Shown here: one piece after another, positions 10,759 through 17,300 of the stretch
Numbering within the stretch: position 1 is the first letter of the stretch
Layout of the letters: each line of letters opens with the position of its first letter
Source: Psychrobacter sp. DM4
Lineage (GTDB): Bacteria; Pseudomonadota; Gammaproteobacteria; Pseudomonadales; Moraxellaceae
Reading direction: 5' to 3'
DNA length: 32,000 nucleotides
Assembly (NCBI RefSeq): GCF_051307035.1
Contig: NZ_CP195536.1
Coordinates: 690,001-722,000, forward strand
Program-made: the position numbers and the translations under genes
The notes under the pieces: generated by a model
Seen by the model: only the letters and a program-made list of their open reading frames with translations
Told to the model about the DNA's origin: nothing
Databases searched by the model: none

Positions 10759-11117
10759 TCTATTCTCTTTTCGTTTTACTCACTCATCGTGTCACAACCG
10801 ATAAATCAAATGCTATGCCCTTTGACTCAAAAGAGCCTATACCGTCTGTCTTCATATTTGACCGTTCATACTTAATAGTATATTTGTACTATTACAAAAA
10901 CAGAGTATATGTCTTACACTAAAAGTACAAAATTACAAACAGTAACTTTAGCGACACAAGTTGCAAATCTAATTAAATTCTTATTTCTATCATCTAGTCG
11001 TCTTATCAAAAATACTTTATTTCAATAATTACCTGATTCTAAAGCTATTATTCTCTGTTGTCTCCCTAAATATTTGCTTGCGCTATTGATTACTCACTCA
11101 ATTACTAGGATATCCTT

Positions 11118-14100
11118 ATGCTAAACCATGTCTACCGCGTCATCTTCAACCGCTCAACGGGCTGCTATATGGCAGTGAGTGAAATCACTAAATCGGGCGG
11201 CAAGTCAAGTCGCTCAACTCAAGTAGGTACTGTTGGCGCTATCCCAGCAACTACTACAGACAAGTTATGGCGTCGCCAAGCGATAGCGGTGGCGATAAGT
11301 GGTGCGTTGGGTCTGACGTTAGGACTGACAGCAGTTGGTGCTCAGGCAGAGGTATGTCTTCTCAATGGTAACCCAACGGGTGGTAGCTCTGGAAATGGTG
11401 TTGAAGCTACAGCTTGTGGTTTTGGTAATATAGCCTCAAATCAGGCCAGCTCAGCAATAGGTTTTCAAAACCAAGCGTCAGGCGTTGCCAGCTCAGCGAT
11501 AGGCTCTTCAAACCAAGCGTCACAAAGATTTAGCTCGGCAATAGGCTTTCAGAACAATGCTTCAGCTTTTGCAGCTTCTGCAATTGGTCGTACTAATAAT
11601 GCCTCAGGTCAAGATAGCTCGGCGATAGGTAGTAGCAACACTGCTCAAGGTACAAATAGCTCAGCGATAGGTTTTAACAACACCGCTTTCGCTAATAACA
11701 GCATAGCTATTGGCTCAAACGCGACGGCTAATATTGCTAATAGTGTGGCTTTAGGAGAGCGCAGCGTTACTACGGTTAATGCAGGCGTGCAAGGATTTGG
11801 TGCTAATGGTAGAACCAATGCCACATGGCAATCTACCCTTGCAGCGGTTAGTGTCGGCAACACTAATAATAACCTAACTCGTCAAATTACAGGTGTGGCT
11901 GCAGGGACAGCGGATACCGATGCCGTCAATATTGCTCAGCTAAGACAAGTGGCTAACTCTGTGCAAAATGGTGCTGATGGTGCTGATGGTGCTGATGGTG
12001 CTCAAGGGATTCAGGGCGAGCGAGGCATTCAAGGTGAGCGAGGCATTCAAGGTGAGCGAGGCATTCAAGGTGAGCGAGGCATTCAAGGTGAGCGAGGCAT
12101 TCAAGGTGAGCGAGGGGTTACTGGTGCTCGGGGTGAGAGAGGTTTTCAAGGGGCAACTGGTGCTACTGGTGAACAAGGGGTAGCAGGTCAAGACGGTGTT
12201 AATGGTGCAATGGGTGATCAGGGTATCCAAGGCGAGCGAGGCGAACGAGGCCTTCAAGGACTACAGGGTGATGCTGGAGTAAATGGTACGAATGGCCAAG
12301 ATGGTGCAACGGGTGCCCAAGGTATTCAAGGTGAAACTGGCGCAACAGGTGTTCAAGGCGAACAGGGCTTGCAGGGCGTAGCAGGGGAAAATGGCGCAAT
12401 GGGCGCTCAAGGAGATCAGGGCATCCAAGGTGTAGCAGGTCAGGATGGCACTAATGGGATCAATGGTCAAGACGGTGCAACAGGCGCTCAAGGCGAACGA
12501 GGTATTCAGGGTGAAAGAGGCCTTCAAGGCGAACAAGGTGTTGCTGGAACTAACGGTATTGATGGTACAAATGGTCAGGACGGTGCAACGGGTGCCCAAG
12601 GTATTCAAGGTGAAACTGGCGCAACGGGCGCTCAAGGAAATCAGGGCATCCAAGGTATAGCAGGTACTGACGGAACTAACGGTCAGGACGGTACTAATGG
12701 CTTAAATGGTCAAGATGGTGCTCAAGGTGTTCAGGGCGAACAAGGTCTGCAAGGGGTTCAGGGTGAAACTGGTGCTCAAGGTCTTCAAGGTGAACAAGGC
12801 ATAGCAGGTCAGGATGGTACTGATGGCAATGATGGCGCTGATGGCTTAAACGGTCAAGACGGCATTAACGGTGTCGATGGCGCTCAAGGCGAGCAAGGTA
12901 TCCAAGGCGAACAAGGTCTTCAAGGTGAGCAGGGGATAGCAGGCACTGATGGTGTCGATGGTATTGACGGCTTAAATGGTCAAGACGGCATTAACGGTGT
13001 CGATGGTGCTCAGGGTGAGCAAGGTATCCAAGGCGAGCAGGGCATTCAAGGCGAGCAAGGTATCCAAGGCGAGCAAGGTATCCAAGGTGAACAAGGTTTG
13101 CAAGGCGAGCAGGGCATTCAAGGCGAGCAGGGCATTCAAGGCGAGCAGGGCATTCAAGGTGAACAAGGTTTGCAAGGCGTAGCAGGTCAAGACGGTGAAA
13201 AAGGTGACAAGGGTGATTCAGGAATTAGCGAAGAAGCTAGAGCTGAACTAGTAGAGCAGATTGAAGATAGTAAAGTTCAATTTGTAAGTATCAATAGCTT
13301 TGATGACGAAAACGAAGGCAACTCTAATGGTAACGGTGCGACAGCTGATGGTGCCATAGCCATTGGTGTCAATACCAAAGCAACGGGTACAAATAGCACT
13401 GCTGTAGGAACGGATAGCATAGTCACGGGTGATCAATCTACCAGCGTCGGCAAAGGCAACATCGTCTCAGGCGATCGCTCAGGCGCTTTCGGTGATCCTA
13501 ACATAGTTGGCGGTAGTGCTAACTACGCCGTCGGTAATGACAACACTATAGGCAACACCACGAGCAATTCAGTGGTCTTAGGTAGCAATGCCACCGTTGG
13601 GGCCACTTCTGCAACGACCGATACTAATGGCAATCCAGTCTTTGCTAATGCAACCGATGCCTCAAACTCAGTAGCTATTGGTGAGTCAGTCAATGTTCAG
13701 GCAACGGATGCCGTGGCTATTGGCTCTAACAGCAGCGCTACTAATAACAACTCGGTAGCCCTAGGAGCGAACTCTCAGACTAGTGCGGATAATACGGTAT
13801 CAGTAGGTAATGCAAACAACCAACGACGCATTACTAATGTTGCAGCTGGAGTTGATGCTAATGATGCGGTCAATGTTGGTCAGAGTCAAGCTGATGATAG
13901 TCAAACTTTAGATCTCGCTAACGACTATACCAATCAGCGTTTTGCAGCATTCGATCAGAACTTAGGCTTATTCAGAGGTGATATAGATTCACGCTTTAAA
14001 GAGCAGGATCAACGCATTGACAAAGTCGGAGCGATGAGTGCTGCTATCCAAAACATGGGTACCAGCGTCAGTGGCATGAATCAGCGCAATCGCGTAGGTC

Positions 14101-14243
14101 TAGGTATGGGTTTTCAAGGAAGCGAGCAGGCGGTAGCTATTGGTTATCAACGTGTCGTTTCTGATAATGCGTCAGTGACATTTAGTGGTGCTTTTAGTGA
14201 TAATGAGTCCTCTGCAGGTGTAGGCGTAGGTTTTGGTTGGTAA
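11118..14243 (+). CDS. Trimeric autotransporter adhesin 1 (ESPR signal, YadA-like head, neck, collagen-like stalk, second head, neck, YadA-type beta-barrel anchor)
   Basis: N-terminus MLNHVYRVIFNRSTGCYMAVSEITKSG resembles the extended signal peptide region of autotransporters, and signal cleavage is likely after AVGAQA. 14-residue head repeats (SSAIGxxNxASGxx). Neck motif RQITGVAAGTADTDAVNIAQL. 139 Gly-X-Y triplets. A second Hep/Hag-type head. RRITNVAAGVDANDAVNV. The C-terminal four-strand anchor ends ...GVGVGFGW. Confidence 0.9.
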   Translation: MLNHVYRVIFNRSTGCYMAVSEITKSGGKSSRSTQVGTVGAIPATTTDKLWRRQAIAVAISGALGLTLGLTAVGAQAEVCLLNGNPTGGSSGNGVEATACGFGNIASNQASSAIGFQNQASGVASSAIGSSNQASQRFSSAIGFQNNASAFAASAIGRTNNASGQDSSAIGSSNTAQGTNSSAIGFNNTAFANNSIAIGSNATANIANSVALGERSVTTVNAGVQGFGANGRTNATWQSTLAAVSVGNTNNNLTRQITGVAAGTADTDAVNIAQLRQVANSVQNGADGADGADGAQGIQGERGIQGERGIQGERGIQGERGIQGERGIQGERGVTGARGERGFQGATGATGEQGVAGQDGVNGAMGDQGIQGERGERGLQGLQGDAGVNGTNGQDGATGAQGIQGETGATGVQGEQGLQGVAGENGAMGAQGDQGIQGVAGQDGTNGINGQDGATGAQGERGIQGERGLQGEQGVAGTNGIDGTNGQDGATGAQGIQGETGATGAQGNQGIQGIAGTDGTNGQDGTNGLNGQDGAQGVQGEQGLQGVQGETGAQGLQGEQGIAGQDGTDGNDGADGLNGQDGINGVDGAQGEQGIQGEQGLQGEQGIAGTDGVDGIDGLNGQDGINGVDGAQGEQGIQGEQGIQGEQGIQGEQGIQGEQGLQGEQGIQGEQGIQGEQGIQGEQGLQGVAGQDGEKGDKGDSGISEEARAELVEQIEDSKVQFVSINSFDDENEGNSNGNGATADGAIAIGVNTKATGTNSTAVGTDSIVTGDQSTSVGKGNIVSGDRSGAFGDPNIVGGSANYAVGNDNTIGNTTSNSVVLGSNATVGATSATTDTNGNPVFANATDASNSVAIGESVNVQATDAVAIGSNSSATNNNSVALGANSQTSADNTVSVGNANNQRRITNVAAGVDANDAVNVGQSQADDSQTLDLANDYTNQRFAAFDQNLGLFRGDIDSRFKEQDQRIDKVGAMSAAIQNMGTSVSGMNQRNRVGLGMGFQGSEQAVAIGYQRVVSDNASVTFSGAFSDNESSAGVGVGFGW
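12015..12115 (+). repeat. Near-perfect 18-bp tandem array (GAGCGAGGCATTCAAGGT, about 5.5 copies) encoding (GERGIQ)n
   Basis: Read directly from the DNA at 12015-12115. The copies are identical at the nucleotide level, not only at the protein level. Confidence 0.9.
13014..13175 (+). repeat. Nine 18-bp units encoding GEQG(I/L)Q, with synonymous-codon variants
   Basis: GGTGAGCAAGGTATCCAA, GGCGAGCAGGGCATTCAA and GGTGAACAAGGTTTGCAA alternate across 13014-13175. Confidence 0.85.
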
Positions 14244-14288
14244 TAAATAACAGCAAGTGCACTTATACTCTCTAAATAAAGCGCTTAG

Positions 14289-14325
14289 GAGTTAGTTAGA
14301 TGGATATTAAGCATCTAACTAACTC
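14289..14325 (+). other. Perfect 14-bp inverted repeat (hairpin) in the spacer between the two adhesin genes
   Basis: GAGTTAGTTAGATG (14289-14302), a 9-nt loop GATATTAAG, then CATCTAACTAACTC (14312-14325). No T-run follows, so it is not a canonical intrinsic terminator. Confidence 0.6.
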
Positions 14326-14392
14326 AAGAAACATGCTACACAGACGGCTATAACTTAACGACTTATATTTATATAAACATTAGGACTCTCTT

Positions 14393-17300
14393 ATGCTAAA
14401 CCATGTCTATCGCGTCATCTTTAATCGTTCAACAGGCTGCTATGTCGCAGTGAGTGAAATCGCCAAATCTGGTGGCAAATCTAGCAAGTCTACGACGGGT
14501 ACCGTACCAGCCAGTACGACAGGCACAACGCTACGTCATCGTACCATCGCAGTGGCTATAGGCAGTATCTTGGGACTGACAATGATGAGCGCTCAGGCAG
14601 AGGTCTGTATACTTGATCCTGGTAACTCGACTAGCAGCAGCACCGCTACTGGTAATTCTGCTTTTGCTTGTGGTCTTGGCAACGAAGCCTCAGGTACCTT
14701 TAGCTCGGCGCTAGGTATTGGTAACACAGCCTCAAATTTTTCCAGCTCAGCGGTGGGTCGTGCAAACGAAGCCTCAGGTGACTTTAGCTCAGCGATCGGT
14801 AATTTTAATCAAGCTTCAGGTGGCTTTAGCTCAGCGATGGGTTATGAAAACACAGCTTCAGCTCGTAATAGCTCAGCGATGGGTCGTAGCAACATAGCCT
14901 CAGGTCTTTATAGCTCAGCAGTAGGTAGTTTCAGTGAAGCCTCAGAAGCAGGCGCTACTGCCGTTGGTAGTGGTAGTGCAAGTTCCTTTAAACAAGTTCC
15001 AGTAGCAGGCGCCGTCGTACAAGCCGACTTTACCGCTGCGACCACGCCCATACAGACAGATAGTCAGAATCGTCGTTTTAGAGATGACGGTAATGGTGGT
15101 CAGATCTTTGAGTTCGCAGATGCAGACTATGAAGCATTAGGCATAGGTGCAACCGCGAGTGGTATTCGCGCAACAGCGGTTGGCAATACCTCAGTCGCAA
15201 GCGCTCGCGATAGCATCGCGATGGGTACAGGATCAACAGCTAATATTGATAATAGTATTGCTTTAGGTAGCCAAAGCGTCACCACAGTCGATGCAGGCGT
15301 ACAAGGCTTTGGTGCGGACGCTAGAACCACACCAGTATGGCAATCAACCTTAGCGGCAGTGAGTGTAGGAGATACCAGTGATGCTGATCCTGCTAATTGG
15401 CAAACCCGTCAGATCACAGGTGTCGCCGCAGGGACGACTGATACTGATGCGGTCAATGTGGCTCAGCTAAAAGATCAAAAGATCCGTTATGTCAGTATCA
15501 ATTCAGATGCATCTGATGCAGCATCTAATCGCGATAATGATGGCGCGACGGGTGCCGGATCATTGGCTATTGGTATAAATAGTCAGACTTCAGGTAATGC
15601 TGGCTCAGCGATAGGCATAAGTAACAGAGCATCAAGTCAGTTCGGTGTAGCAGTAGGTTTCGGCAATCGAGTCAGTAGTACCGATAATAGTGGTAACTCA
15701 ATCGAAGAGGCCTCAGCGGTAGGTAACCAAAACAGAGCATTAGGTAATCAAGCGTCTGCTTTTGGTCATACCAACACAGCGGTAGGTGACGATAGCTCAG
15801 CCTTTGGTCAAGGTAATATATCAGGAGGTAATGACAGCTCAGCATTAGGTCGCAATAACATTGCCCGCGGCGTTGATAGCTCAGCAGTAGGTTCGCAGAA
15901 CTTTACGACCCTCGAAGCTGAAGACAGCTCAGCCCTCGGTAAAAGGAACCGAACAACAGCACTAGCGAGTTCAGCGATCGGCTACCGCAACGAAGCCTCA
16001 GGTATATTTAGTAGCGTAATGGGCAGTAGCAGTGTTGCCTCAGCTACGGGTGCGACAGCAGTTGGTAGTGGTAGAGAAGATGGCCTAGTAGCTATCGATG
16101 GCGCGATAGTTCAAGCAGAGTTTGCAGCAGCTACAACAGATATAGAAGTTGATGACGAAGGTCGACGCTTCAAATTAGACACTAATAATGATCCCATATT
16201 TGAGTTCGCAGCAGCAGATTATGAAGACTTAGGCATAGGCGCAACCGCGAGTGGTATTCGCGCAACAGCGGTTGGCAATACCTCAGTCGCCAGTGCTCGC
16301 GATAGCATAGCCATGGGTACAGGTTCTACTGCTGACATTCGCAACAGCATCGCTCTAGGCAGTCAAAGCGTCACCACAGTCGATGCAGGCGCACAAGGCT
16401 TTAGCGCTAATGGTAGAACCGATGCCACATGGCAATCGACCTTAGCGGCAGTGAGTGTTGGTAATATTAGTGATGCTGATCCTGCCAATTGGCAAACCCG
16501 TCAAATCACAGGCGTCGCCGCAGGGACGACTGATACTGATGCGGTCAATGTGGCACAGCTACAAAGAGTAGAGACGAACAGCTTCTCTCAAGCACAGAAC
16601 CTAGCCTCTGCCTTTGGTGGTAATGCCGCGTTCAACATGAACGGCACTTTCCAAGCACCGACCTATCGTATTAATAATACTAATTATAACGACGTAGGTT
16701 CAGCATTCACAGCCGTTGATGGAAGACTGACTGACTTGCAAGGACAAATTAATAACATTGAACTTACACCAGGCCCACAGGGTGAACAAGGCATTCAGGG
16801 TGAACAAGGCGAACAAGGAATCCAAGGTATCCAAGGTGTAGCAGGTCAAGATGGCGCTAATGGTGCAATGGGTGTTCAAGGTGAACAGGGCATTCAGGGT
16901 GAACAAGGCGAACAAGGTCTTCAAGGCGAGCAAGGTATAGCAGGCCAAGACGGCACTAACGGTACTAACGGCCTAAATGGTCAAGACGGTGCAACAGGTG
17001 CTCAAGGCGAACAAGGGATTCAAGGTGAGCAAGGCGAACGAGGCCTTCAAGGACTACAGGGCGATGCTGGAGTAAACGGTGCCGATGGTGCAATGGGTGT
17101 TCAAGGTGAACAGGGCATTCAGGGTGAACAAGGCGAACAAGGAATCCAAGGTGAACAAGGTGTAGCAGGTCAAGACGGTGTTAACGGTGCTGATGGCGCT
17201 CAAGGCATTCAAGGCATTCAAGGTGAACAAGGTCTTCAAGGCGAGCAAGGTATAGCAGGCCAAGACGGCACTAACGGTACTAACGGCCTAAATGGTCAAG

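Larger units (their letters stand above)
11970..13223 (+). repeat. Collagen-like Gly-X-Y tract of adhesin 1 (139 consecutive triplets, no proline)
   Basis: I hand-parsed the supplied translation from GADGADGADGAQGIQGER... to ...GEKGDKGDSG. Gly sits at every third residue without interruption, and the frame was checked against nucleotides 11970 and 13221. Confidence 0.9.

Noticed and set aside
12015-13175. Short regularly spaced repeats that might superficially resemble a CRISPR array.
   Set aside because: The units are 18 bp, directly abutting with no spacers. They are in frame and encode Gly-X-Y triplets inside a long ORF. No leader or cas genes are present.
11940-13436. Many 60-130 aa ORFs on the opposite strand or in other frames across the adhesin 1 collagen tract (for example 11940-12257 minus, 11968-12183 plus, 12261-12653 minus, 12972-13190 minus).
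   Set aside because: They are artefacts of the GGN-NNN-NNN periodic, stop-poor repeat DNA. Their translations are low-complexity (LTLNAS..., FKVSEA...), and they lie wholly inside a well-supported TAA reading frame. The same applies to 16700-17742 in adhesin 2.
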